A DNA stretch of 64,000 nt, taken from IMG/VR virus record IMGVR_UViG_3300043399_000877, positions 186,001-250,000 of that record; one strand, written 5' to 3'. Made by a program: the position numbers and the translations under genes. Under the pieces are notes generated by a model, which saw only the letters and a program-made list of their open reading frames with translations, had not been told where the DNA came from and searched no databases. Each line of letters opens with the position of its first letter. Within the stretch, counting starts at the first letter, position 1. Shown here one piece after another: positions 25,964-37,200 of the stretch.

Positions 25964-27327
25964 TGAACACACCTGAAAAATTCGATGGTATGACGGATCA
26001 GCAGATAATCGACTATCTGAATACACCTGGAAATTTGAATAACCTAGTTTCATACGATATAGCCTGGCTATTGACTGAAAAACAAACGGTGTTCAATGGA
26101 TTTACATTTGATACTTTAGAAGAATTTAATACTTTGTTGGCAACTGTTGACTTGAGTAATGACTTAACGTCATCTCAAATAATCTCAGTAACAAACGACC
26201 CAGTATTAAATGCAGTTCAAAAAACCAAGACAGTAACTGAGACTACTAGCGACGATCCACCAATTACGATAGTTAAAGAATCTACTACAATAAAACTTGA
26301 TATTCCGGCATTTGCAGCAAAAACAGCATCTGGACCGGGTGCAAGCCTTTCTGACATCATAGCATCAGCCAGTTTCTTAAACCAGTTGATAGGAGTTGTT
26401 TCAATACTTGACATGATTGCAAAAGGTATCCCCTCGATACAAACACTCTCGCAAACATTCTCGCAGACTTTAAATTCGATTTATAAAGATTTTTATTCTT
26501 CATTACAAACGTTGTCATCATCATTGCAAAACTTTCCAGTATCAGATATACGAAACAATACCGACCCTGGTTTTGGATTCGTGAATGGTTTGGGCGGGAC
26601 CGACAACACCGGCAATTCTCTCAGTTACGGTGGGGTACAAGATAACACACCGCAACCGACTCCAAATACTGAAATTTATGCGAAACTCGAAAACGTTATA
26701 AACACAACTTTGAGGCAAGATTGGCGAGCAAAAAACGCTAAACCCGGAAATCCATTGATTCTAGAAGCCTACGCAATAAGTGGCAGAAATTATGATAGAG
26801 ATGGAAACACCGGAGAATATGCTTGGGCCGCACCGTTTGTAAGTTGGGTTTTATATAAAACAGGTTTGCCATATTTAAAAGTCATGAGCCCCATGGCTTA
26901 TGCTGGATACGGAAATCCAGTAGAAATTGGTACTCTTAAAAAAATAAGAAAATATGATATTATAGTTTTTAATAGTGCATCCACTATATCACATGTTGGA
27001 TTTGTAATGTCGATCAACAAAAACGATAATACAATATCTGTATTGGGTGGAAACCAAGCAGGAACAGTAAAAATTACCAAGTTCCCGATAACACAAAATT
27101 CAGCACAGTTGTATATTTCGCATATAAGAAGAAATTGGGCAATTCCGGCTGATCGAGATACACCATTGATTCCAGTCACCCAGCCGACACGACCAGGACA
27201 ACAGACAAGCGGTGTAGTTCCTGCGGCAAGTTCGGGAGGAATAGCAAGATACACTCCTGAAACCCCTGCTGAACGTTCTGACAGACTATCCGGTGGTACC
27301 GCAGCATCCGGTGGTGTAATGCTTTGA
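25963..27327 (+). CDS. TIGR02594/CHAP-like protein with the catalytic Cys replaced
   Basis: AWAAPFVSWVL...GDIVVF-like YDIIVF...SHVGFV...VLGGNQ. Confidence 0.7.
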   Translation: MNTPEKFDGMTDQQIIDYLNTPGNLNNLVSYDIAWLLTEKQTVFNGFTFDTLEEFNTLLATVDLSNDLTSSQIISVTNDPVLNAVQKTKTVTETTSDDPPITIVKESTTIKLDIPAFAAKTASGPGASLSDIIASASFLNQLIGVVSILDMIAKGIPSIQTLSQTFSQTLNSIYKDFYSSLQTLSSSLQNFPVSDIRNNTDPGFGFVNGLGGTDNTGNSLSYGGVQDNTPQPTPNTEIYAKLENVINTTLRQDWRAKNAKPGNPLILEAYAISGRNYDRDGNTGEYAWAAPFVSWVLYKTGLPYLKVMSPMAYAGYGNPVEIGTLKKIRKYDIIVFNSASTISHVGFVMSINKNDNTISVLGGNQAGTVKITKFPITQNSAQLYISHIRRNWAIPADRDTPLIPVTQPTRPGQQTSGVVPAASSGGIARYTPETPAERSDRLSGGTAASGGVML

Positions 27328-27339
27328 GGTAAATACGAT

Positions 27340-27771
27340 ATGACTGATTTGTACAAAACGCCCACAATATCTGCTAAAACGGCAACCAAGAAACCGGTGA
27401 CAGCAAAAACCTATAAAGGTTTAAGCACTGTTGACCCGGATTCAGCATCTTTTAAAATTTACGATATTGAGTTAATAAAGCGTGATATTGTAAATCACTT
27501 TCATATACGTTATGGCGAGAAATTAGAAAATCCCACATTTGGTACAATCATTTGGGATGTATTATACGATCCGTTAACTGACAGCCTTAAAGAAGCAATC
27601 GTAAAAAATGTTTCTGATATCATAAACTATGACCCTCGAGTAAATGTTGATAAAATATCTGTTAATTCATTTGAAAGTGGTATACAAATTGAATGTGTTT
27701 TGACATATATTCCCTATTGTATCTCTGAAACTCTGCAATTTAATTTTGATAGAGAAAATGGTTTGATTTAA
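27340..27771 (+). CDS. gp25: Baseplate wedge subunit
   Basis: D.ELIKRDI.NHF.IR.GEKL.NP.FGT.IWD.LYDP and DPRV motifs. Confidence 0.9.
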   Translation: MTDLYKTPTISAKTATKKPVTAKTYKGLSTVDPDSASFKIYDIELIKRDIVNHFHIRYGEKLENPTFGTIIWDVLYDPLTDSLKEAIVKNVSDIINYDPRVNVDKISVNSFESGIQIECVLTYIPYCISETLQFNFDRENGLI

Positions 27772-27790
27772 CTGCGCACTTTATATTTTG

Positions 27791-27798
27791 TATAAATA
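27791..27798 (+). promoter_or_regulatory. T4-type late promoter TATAAATA
   Basis: Exact consensus 33 nt upstream of the gp6 start. Confidence 0.8.
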
Positions 27799-27831
27799 CA
27801 CTACGAAATATTCAAAGGAAAGTTAGCAAAC

Positions 27832-30800
27832 ATGTCATCAACTGATAGACAAAACGGTCTTTTACTAGCTGAAGATTGGAAAAAAATATACCAAAGCTTC
27901 AAAAATGCTGAATTCAAAAGCTATGATTTTGACACCCTACGTCGAACAATGATAGCATATATTCGCGAAAATTATCCTGAAGACTTTAATGATTACATAG
28001 AAAGTAGCGAATATCTAGCATTAATCGATCTTATAGCTTTCCTTGGACAAAACTTAAGTTTTAGAATTGATTTAAATGCTCGCGAAAACTTTATTGAATT
28101 AGCCGAACGTCGCGAAAGCATACTTCGTCTAGCTAGACTTCTAGCCTATAATCCTAAAAGAAATCGCCCAGCAAACGGTCTGCTAAAAATAGAAGCTGTG
28201 AGCACCAGTGAAAATATAGTAGATAGTAACGGTTTCAACGTAAAAGGTAGAACTGTTCTTTGGAATGATACAACTAATGAAAATTGGTACGAGCAATTTA
28301 TAAAAATAATAAATGCGGCATTGCCATCAAGTAATACTTTTGGAAAACCAGTAAACAGCCAGGTTGTTGCAAACATACCAACCGAACAGTACAGATTTAA
28401 CTCGACGTTGCAAACTGTGCCGGTTTTTACTTTTAGCAAAACAATAAACAACTTAAACACTGTTTTTGAAATAGTGAGTACAGCAGTATCAGGTGGAGTT
28501 ATTTATGAAGAATCACCAGTAACCGGGCAGCAAGTCTCGTTCATTTATCGTGATAATGGACAAGGTCCCAGCAGCAGCAATACTGGATTCTTTATGCACT
28601 TTAGACAAGGATCAATGCAGCGTTCTGATTTTTCTATAGACTTTCCAGTTCCAAATCAACGGGTAAACATAGATACTGATAATATAAACCAATCAGACAT
28701 TTGGCTTTATAGACTTGATAATCAAAATTCGGAAACTGAACTCTGGACCCGCGTTGACGCTGTTGAAGGAAACAATGTAATATACAACAGTTTGAATAAA
28801 AAAATTAGAAATGTATACAATGTTCTTACTAGAGAAAACGATAGAGTAAGCCTTATTTTTACTGATGGCGTGTTTGGTAATCTCCCACAAGGCAATTTTA
28901 GGCTTTACTATAGAACCAGTAATAACAGAAATTTTGCTATTTCTCCAAATGAAATACGAAATGTTTCTATAAGAATACCCTACATAAGTCGCAGCGGTAG
29001 AAACGAGATTATAACCCTTTATCTGGACTTAAAAACTTCAGTAAACAACGCAAGTGCCAGTGAAACTGACGCAGAGATAAAATCAAGAGCACCATCAACA
29101 TATTATACACAAAACCGTTTAATAACTGGTGAAGACTATAATATAGGTCCATTAGGTGTAAGTCAGGATATACTAAAAGTAAAGTCAATTAATAGAACAG
29201 CGAGTGGTATAAGCAGATATTACGATATTGTTGACCCTACTGGAAAATACAGTAAAACAAATCATTTTTCGGATGACGGTGTCATATATGAAGAAGATTT
29301 AGAAAATCAGTTGGAATTTACTTTTAATACTTTTACTGACGTAAACTTTGTAGTTGAGAATACGATATCACCGTTGTTGTCAGATATAAAAGTACGAGAT
29401 TTTTATTTAAAAAAATATCCATCAATAGATGTAATGACGTCAGCTGATATAAAATGGAACGCGACATCAAATAATACAAACATAAGCACTGGAGTATTTG
29501 AAAATTCCGCAAAGTTGCCTTATCAAGTGGGATCATTTACCAGCAGTATTCTCAAATTTATTGAGACGGGCGCAATGGTAAAATTTGTTCCACCCGCTGG
29601 ATATTATTTTAATGCAAATTCTCAGCTAGTAGCCGGGACACCATCCAAGATAGAAGATAGAATGTATCTATGGACCAAAGTTGTTTCAGTAAGTGGTGAT
29701 GGTACAACGGTGTCAAACAGTGTTGGACCAGTGGTTCTAAATGATGAAATACCCACCGGAGCCGTTTTATCAAAAATAAAACAAAAGTTTTCAATAAACC
29801 TTTCGTCATCCATAAAGACTAGAATAGCTGATCAAATATTTTCGTATAAAATATTTGGACTAAGATATGATAGAACTACTCGCCAATGGTCTATCATAAC
29901 TGAATCAAATCTGAATGTAAAAGATCAATTTAGCTTGTTAAATGAAGGTGACAAAACAAATCAAAAATTAGACTCAAGTTGGGTTATACTGTTTTCAACA
30001 AACGGTGAAAAGTACACAGTAACATATCGCGGTTATAGATATGTATTCGAAAGTGAAAAACAGGTAAGATTCTACTATGACTCAGTAACTCGCACGTTTA
30101 ATAACCGCACTGGTAGGATAATAAAGGATTCGATAAAGGTTTTGAATATAAATTCAATACCCAATGGTACAACTCCATTTACACAAGATTATGACTGGGA
30201 AGTTGTATCAGAGTTTACAAACGACCTCGGATACATTAACAACAACAAAATACAAATATCTTTTTTTGATAACGATAGTGACGGAATAATAGACGATCCG
30301 GATCTTTTTGAAAATATAGTAGGAACAAATTCTCTAGTTTTCTTTAAAAAGTCAGATTCTGATGGGATTGAAAATTACAAGTATGTAAATCAAACAGATG
30401 AAAACATTTTTGTAGTTAATAGTCAAAGAGAAATTAACGTATCACTATATAATTCCGGTGATATTTTTTATATTAAAAATACAAATGTTTTCAGAAAACT
30501 TACCAAGAATCCCACTCGTCTGACTATGATTTATGATTATAAAGCTAGAAACGGACGTGGTGGACTAAAATTCCAATACATTCATTCAAGTGATGAAAAC
30601 AACAGAATAGATCCTAGCAGCACTAATATTATTGATTTGTATTTGCTTACAAAACAGTATGATACACAATTTAGGCAGTACCTAAACGGTGCAGTAATAG
30701 CCAAACCTGAAGCACCTACTCCGGATTATCTGTTTAGGACTTATGGAAACGAAATAAACAAAATAAAAAGTATAAGCGATGAAGTAATATATCATCCAGT

Positions 30801-31230
30801 AAGATACAAAATACTCTTTGGAAATAAAAGTGATCCAAACTTGCAAGCAACATTTAAAGTTATAAAAAATTCAGACCGAGTAGTAAATGATAACGAAATA
30901 AAGTCAAAAATAGTGCAATACATAAATGAGTTCTTTTCGCTAGACAATTGGGATTTTGGTGATACATTCTACTTTAGTGAGCTGTCAGCTTACATAATGA
31001 AGCAAATGAGTCCAGACATAACCAGCATTGTGATTGTCCCCAAGCAAGCGTCACAATCTTTTGGTAGCATGTTTGAATTAAAATGCTCAAGTGACGAAAT
31101 CTTTATAAGCAGCGCAGGTGTTGATGACATTGAAATAATTTCAGGAATCACAGCTGACCGGTTGAGAACAACCGGAAACATAATTACTACAACAGAACCA
31201 ACAAGTGATCTAGGAGGCACAGTTATATAA
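27832..31230 (+). CDS. gp6: Baseplate wedge protein, extended
   Basis: YDFDTLRRTMI.Y....YPE.FND..ESS...ALID..A, NARE.FIE.AERRES and YTQNR..T.EDY motifs. Confidence 0.88.
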   Translation: MSSTDRQNGLLLAEDWKKIYQSFKNAEFKSYDFDTLRRTMIAYIRENYPEDFNDYIESSEYLALIDLIAFLGQNLSFRIDLNARENFIELAERRESILRLARLLAYNPKRNRPANGLLKIEAVSTSENIVDSNGFNVKGRTVLWNDTTNENWYEQFIKIINAALPSSNTFGKPVNSQVVANIPTEQYRFNSTLQTVPVFTFSKTINNLNTVFEIVSTAVSGGVIYEESPVTGQQVSFIYRDNGQGPSSSNTGFFMHFRQGSMQRSDFSIDFPVPNQRVNIDTDNINQSDIWLYRLDNQNSETELWTRVDAVEGNNVIYNSLNKKIRNVYNVLTRENDRVSLIFTDGVFGNLPQGNFRLYYRTSNNRNFAISPNEIRNVSIRIPYISRSGRNEIITLYLDLKTSVNNASASETDAEIKSRAPSTYYTQNRLITGEDYNIGPLGVSQDILKVKSINRTASGISRYYDIVDPTGKYSKTNHFSDDGVIYEEDLENQLEFTFNTFTDVNFVVENTISPLLSDIKVRDFYLKKYPSIDVMTSADIKWNATSNNTNISTGVFENSAKLPYQVGSFTSSILKFIETGAMVKFVPPAGYYFNANSQLVAGTPSKIEDRMYLWTKVVSVSGDGTTVSNSVGPVVLNDEIPTGAVLSKIKQKFSINLSSSIKTRIADQIFSYKIFGLRYDRTTRQWSIITESNLNVKDQFSLLNEGDKTNQKLDSSWVILFSTNGEKYTVTYRGYRYVFESEKQVRFYYDSVTRTFNNRTGRIIKDSIKVLNINSIPNGTTPFTQDYDWEVVSEFTNDLGYINNNKIQISFFDNDSDGIIDDPDLFENIVGTNSLVFFKKSDSDGIENYKYVNQTDENIFVVNSQREINVSLYNSGDIFYIKNTNVFRKLTKNPTRLTMIYDYKARNGRGGLKFQYIHSSDENNRIDPSSTNIIDLYLLTKQYDTQFRQYLNGAVIAKPEAPTPDYLFRTYGNEINKIKSISDEVIYHPVRYKILFGNKSDPNLQATFKVIKNSDRVVNDNEIKSKIVQYINEFFSLDNWDFGDTFYFSELSAYIMKQMSPDITSIVIVPKQASQSFGSMFELKCSSDEIFISSAGVDDIEIISGITADRLRTTGNIITTTEPTSDLGGTVI

Positions 31231-34200
31231 TGTCAACTTTTAAGCAAAATGAATCAGCTCTACCAGTACCGGGTACAAACGAAAAAAAGAGCGAGTATTT
31301 GCTACCAAAGTTCTTTAGAACTGATACTAACAAAAAATTTCTAGGTAGCACAGTTGACCAACTTATATCCTCTGGCTCTGTTGAAAAAATAAATGCGTTT
31401 GTTGGACGAAGAACAGCAAAATCTAAAGATATAACAAAAGTTGAAAACTACTTGCCGGATGTAACTCCTGATAGAGAAAATTATCAGTTTGAACCATCAT
31501 TAATAGAAGTTGATGAGCTTGATAACGTAACATACTATAAGGATTATATAGATTATGTTGGTCAGTTAAAAAACTTTAAATCACAAGCAGCTAACCATAG
31601 TAAGATGAATAGTCAAGAATTTTATGTTTGGAATCCAAATATAGATTTTGACAAGTTTACAAACTTTAGAGAATACTATTGGTTGCCAAACGGACCGTTG
31701 TCAATTCCAGTTTATGGAAAATCACGAGAGATTGAAAGTACTTATACTGTAAAAACTGAGAGAGATGACGATAACGTTGCATACGTGTTTTCACCAAACG
31801 GATTTACGAGAAATCCCACATTAACCCTGTACCGTGGAGAAACATATTACTTTGAAATCAATGCCAAAGGTTACGGCATGGCTTTTGCTATTAACAGAAC
31901 TTTTCTTGATTTAGATCCAGTAAAAGTAAATGATCGTGGTCAAAATGTGAGCGCACTTTATACCAAGGGAGTTGACAGCTCAGAAGACTATGTTGAAAAG
32001 GGGACAATTAAATTTAAAGTTCCTGACGATGCGCCGGATACTTTGTTTTATGTAAGCGAAACTGACATTAACGTAAGTGGTGTTATAAACATAAAAAATA
32101 TTGAAGAAAATACCTTTATTGATGTAGACAACGAGATTGTTGGCAAAAAAACTTATAACTCAACTCAGGGGATTGCATTTTCAAATGGTATGAAGGTGAG
32201 TTTTTTGGGAGATGTTACTCCTGAAAAATACAACACAGGTAACTGGTATGTTGAGGGTGTCGGTGATGCAATACGTTTGGTTTCAGAAATCGATCTAGAC
32301 ATTCCTGCACAATTTACTGAAGTAAAAAATACTCCTTTTGATGGTGTAGAATTTGACACTTTTCCGTTAGAGAATTCTTCCGGATTCCCTTCAGAAAAAG
32401 ATTATATTGTTATAAATCGTGCAAGTGCAGACGGCAATCCGTGGAGTAGATACAATCGTTGGTTCCACCAAGATGTTATTTTGCAAAGTGCAAAAATAAA
32501 CAATCAGTCAATAGCATTAGATCAAGACGCTAGAGCAAAAAGACCTATTATTGAATTTGAAGCAGGGCTTCGCCTTTTCAATCATGGAACTCAAGTAAAA
32601 GGTATTGTTGATTTAGTGGATAATTTTACTCGTGACGTCTTTAGCACTGTAGAAGGCAGTCTTGGCTATTACGTAGATAACACACCGTTGTCTGATGGCA
32701 TGAGAGTTTTGTTTACTGCTGATACGGATCCGCGAGTGCGTGGTAGAATATATCAAGTAAAGTTTATAGTTCACAATGCAAAGACAATAATTACGCTGAT
32801 TCCAACTGACGATAGCGAGCCAGCTGTTGATCAAGTTGTTGTGGTAAGAATGGGTGAAAAATTCGCCGGTTCTACATTTTATTATTCCGGATCAAACTGG
32901 CGCCAATCACAGAAAAAAACAAAAATAAATCAGCATCCGTTGTTTGATTTATATGATTCAAACGGGGTGTCATTTGCTAACAAGTCAGTGTACCCAGCAT
33001 CCAACTTTGTTGGTAATAGAATATTTGGATATAAAATAGGAAGCAGCGTAGTTGATGCTGAATTGGGATTTTCGTTAACATATCAAAATATTGCAAATAT
33101 TGGTGACATTGTTTTTGAATTTGACTTGTTGAAAAAATCGTTTATATATCAAAAAGATAACACAAATTTTGAAATTACCACCGACACTGGATTTGTAAGA
33201 AAATACAATTACCTTGGAAATAGATTTGAATATGTTTCGGGTTGGGTTAAATCTGATGAACCAAGCAAGCAATATGTTATTAGACAATATACTGCTTCTG
33301 GATTAAATGAATCATTTAAAATAGATGTTTATAAGGATTCTGCATCACTTAATGATTTAGACGTTAAAGTATTCGTAAACAACAATTTTAAATTTATAAC
33401 TAAAGATTATACTTTAGTTAAGATTTTTAGTGATTTGTACGTAAAGTTTAATTACAGTTTAGAAGAAAATGATAATGTTGTTATAAAGTGCCATAGTTCT
33501 GCAAATAAAACAGCTAATGGTTATTATGAAATACCTTTAAACTTTGAAAAAAATCCGTTAAATGAAAATATAACAGACTTTACCCTTGGGCAAGTTAATG
33601 ATCACGTTTCTTCTATTATAGAAGATCTTACAGCATTTTCTGGAACCTTCCCGGGATCTGGTAACTTGCGTGATCTTGGAAATTATAAAGTTTTTGGTAA
33701 AAAGTTTTTACAACACAGTGGTCCGGTAAACTTGGCCCTGTTTAACGTAACAAACCAAACAGCAAATGCCGTTAAAGCTATAAGAAAATCTAAAAAAGAT
33801 TACGCACTCTTTAAAAAGCAATTTTTAAAAGCAGCATACGACTCGCCTTTTACTGGTGGTGCAAGAGAACATGTGGATTATATTTTTTCAGTTTTAAATG
33901 CTGATAAAACTGAAAGTATGCCATATTTTTCAAGCGACATGGTTCCTTATACCGGAAACAGATTTGTTGAATACAATGTAATCGATGCTGGAAGTGTATA
34001 TTATGCCCTACCCGAAGTGTTTTCTTTGGATAACTTGTGCACCAGAGCAGTGTTGGTTTATATAAACGAAAACCAGCTAATACATGATATTGACTATATC
34101 TTTGACGCAGACGGTTTTGTAAAAATAAATAAACCGCTAGCAATTGGCGATGTTATACAAATATCTTATTATGAAAATACAAACGGTAGTTTTGTTCCAC

Positions 34201-37200
34201 AAACTCCAACAAAGTTGGGATTATATCCAAAATTCGTTCCTGAGATATATGTAGATGACACTTACTTAGAACCCAAAACACTCATACGTGGGCACGACGG
34301 TAGTGTAACATTGGCTTACGGTGACTATCGTGACGAGTTAATTCTTGAACTTGAAAAAAGAATATACAATAATATAAAAGTCAAGTACGATCCAAACATT
34401 TTAGATGTCCGTGAGTTTGTTGGTGGATCATTTAGAAACACTGGTTTTTCAAGTAAAGAAATAGATGATATACTAATAACTGACTTTTCACAGTGGATAA
34501 GTTCCCTGGGACCGGTTGATTATAACACAAATACGGCATGGGACGTTTCAAATCCGTTTACATATAATTATAAAAATGCACAAACAGTTACTGATGCAAC
34601 AATAAGCGGATCTTGGAGAAAGATCTTTATGGATCTGTACGACACTGACCGCCCGCACACCCATCCTTGGGAAATGTTGGGGTTCTACAATAAACCATCT
34701 TGGTGGGAAACAGTATATGGTCCTGCACCATACACAAGTAACAACCTAATTCTATGGAATGACATTGAACAGGGAGTAATACGTGAACCAAATAAGTCAG
34801 TAATTAAAAATTCAAAGTATACTAGATTTGGTATAAAATCTTATCTTCCAGTTGACGAAAATGGAAACCTGCTGAGTCCGTATGAAAATAATTATATATC
34901 TCAGATTTCTGTTTACGAGACTAACAAGCCGTTTGTGTTTGGTGACTGGTCACCTGCAGAAACAGCTTGGAGAAAAAGTAGCGAATACCCGTTTGCAATT
35001 ATAACAGCTTGGATGGTCTTACAACCACCAAAAGTTTTTGGATTGGGATTTGATCGTGCAAACATAGTGCGAGATATAAGTGGATCGTTAGTTTATAGAC
35101 ATACTCAAAAGAGAATAAAACTTTCCGATATACTTTTCCCTCAAAAAACAGACACCGTATGCAAAATAACTGGTAATTTGTTAAGCAAGTCTTTGACTGC
35201 CGGTTTAGTAAATTATATTTCCGAATATTTGACAGACGAAACTGCGAGATACGACGAATATTGTTCACGATACAAGAAATTACAAAATAATCTTGCATTT
35301 AGACTTGGTGGTTTTGCAGAAAAATCTAAACTTAAATTAGTGCTTGATAGCAGATCGCCGCTTAACAAGGGTAATGTGTTTGTTCCAGATGAAAATTACA
35401 AAATAATACTCAACAAAAGCAGTGCTCTTGAAACAGTAACTTATAGTGGTGTAATAATTGAAAAACTTTCACAAGGTTTTAGAATTTCCGGTTACGACGT
35501 TGATTCTCCATATTTTGAATTTAATCAACCAACTGTAACACAAACGGATGCATCCGTTGTTATCGGTGGGGTGAGCGAATCTTTTGTCGAATGGAATGAA
35601 AATAATACCTATGCATTAGGCACTGTTGTAAGGTATAACGGATCCTATTATAGAGCAAAAATATCCCACACAAGCGGAGCATCATTTGATGCATCAAAAT
35701 TTGCACAATTGCCCGACCTACCGTTAGTGGGTGGCCGTCGAATACTTATAAGAAAGTTGTTTGATCAAAATACATCTATTATGATGTATGGAACTATTTT
35801 AACAGATATACAGCATGTGGTTGACTTTCTTCTAGGATATCAAAACAGATTAAAAAATATTGGATTTAAGTTTGAATATGTAAATCCCAATACACAGGCA
35901 TTGGAAGACTGGTTACTTGCAGCAAAAGAATTTGTATTCTGGACTACACAAAATTGGGATGCTGGAAGCGTTATAACACTAAGTCCGAGCGCAAATAAAC
36001 TTATATTTGAAAAACCGTATTTTGTAGTTGATAACATTTATGATAGATTCTACAATTATAAAATATTAAAATCTGATGGAACTCCACTTTCTCAGGATTT
36101 AATAAACACTGTTAGAAGTAGCAGTAATGAGTTTAGTCTTGTTACAAAAACAACTACTGAAGACGGAATATATTTTGTAAAGTTACCATTGGTACAAAAA
36201 GAACATGTGGTTCTTGTTGATAACCGAACAGTATTTAACGACGTAATATACGATACTGCACCGGGATATAGACAAGAAAGACTATTAGTTGTCGGTTATC
36301 GTACAGATAACTGGAACGGAAGTTTGAATATACCGGGATTTGTTTATGATCAAGCATTTGTTCGCCAATGGACTCCATGGCAAGATTATCAAGTTGGTGA
36401 TTTGGTAAAATACAAGGAGTTTTACTATAGCTGTAATCAGCACCATGCCGGTCTCGAGCTGTTTAATGACGATTTTTGGAACATTCTACCAGAAAAACCA
36501 ACAACTGCGCTGCTGCCAAACTGGGATTACAAGGCCGGTCAAATAACGCAGTTTTACAGTCTTGAGGTCGAAAACTTTGACACAGAGCAACAACGGCTCG
36601 CACAACACTTGATAGGCTATCAGAAGAGACAGTATCTTGAAAATATAATAAATGACGAGGTAAGCCAATATAAATTCTATCAAGGATTTATACAAGACAA
36701 AGGTACAAAGAATGCTCTTGAAAAATTGTTTAATGCACTTGGAAATAGTGAAAAAGACAGCCTTGAGTTTTATGAAGAATGGGCAATAAGAGTTGGACAA
36801 TACGGTGCTGTTGATACTTTTAAAGAAGTAGAGTTTAAACTTGATGAACGAAAGTACAGACTTGAACCACAAACTGTTGAGCTTGTTGGTATTGAAGATC
36901 CCGACCGCACAGATCTGATTTATCAACTTCCAAAAAGTGAAGTTTACCTAGCACCTGTTGATTATAACAACAATCCGTTCCCACCGATGTATGTTAACAA
37001 AACATACACAAAAAATTCTGGTTATGTAAATCCAACAGATGTTCAATTTACCGTTACTACTTATGACAATATACTATCTCTTGATATTAATCAAATAAAA
37101 GTGGATGATTATGTATGGGTACTAAATCAAAATCAAAGTTGGGACATTTTAAAAGTAGTTAACACTGATTATAAAATAATTCAAATAACTTCTGAAAATA

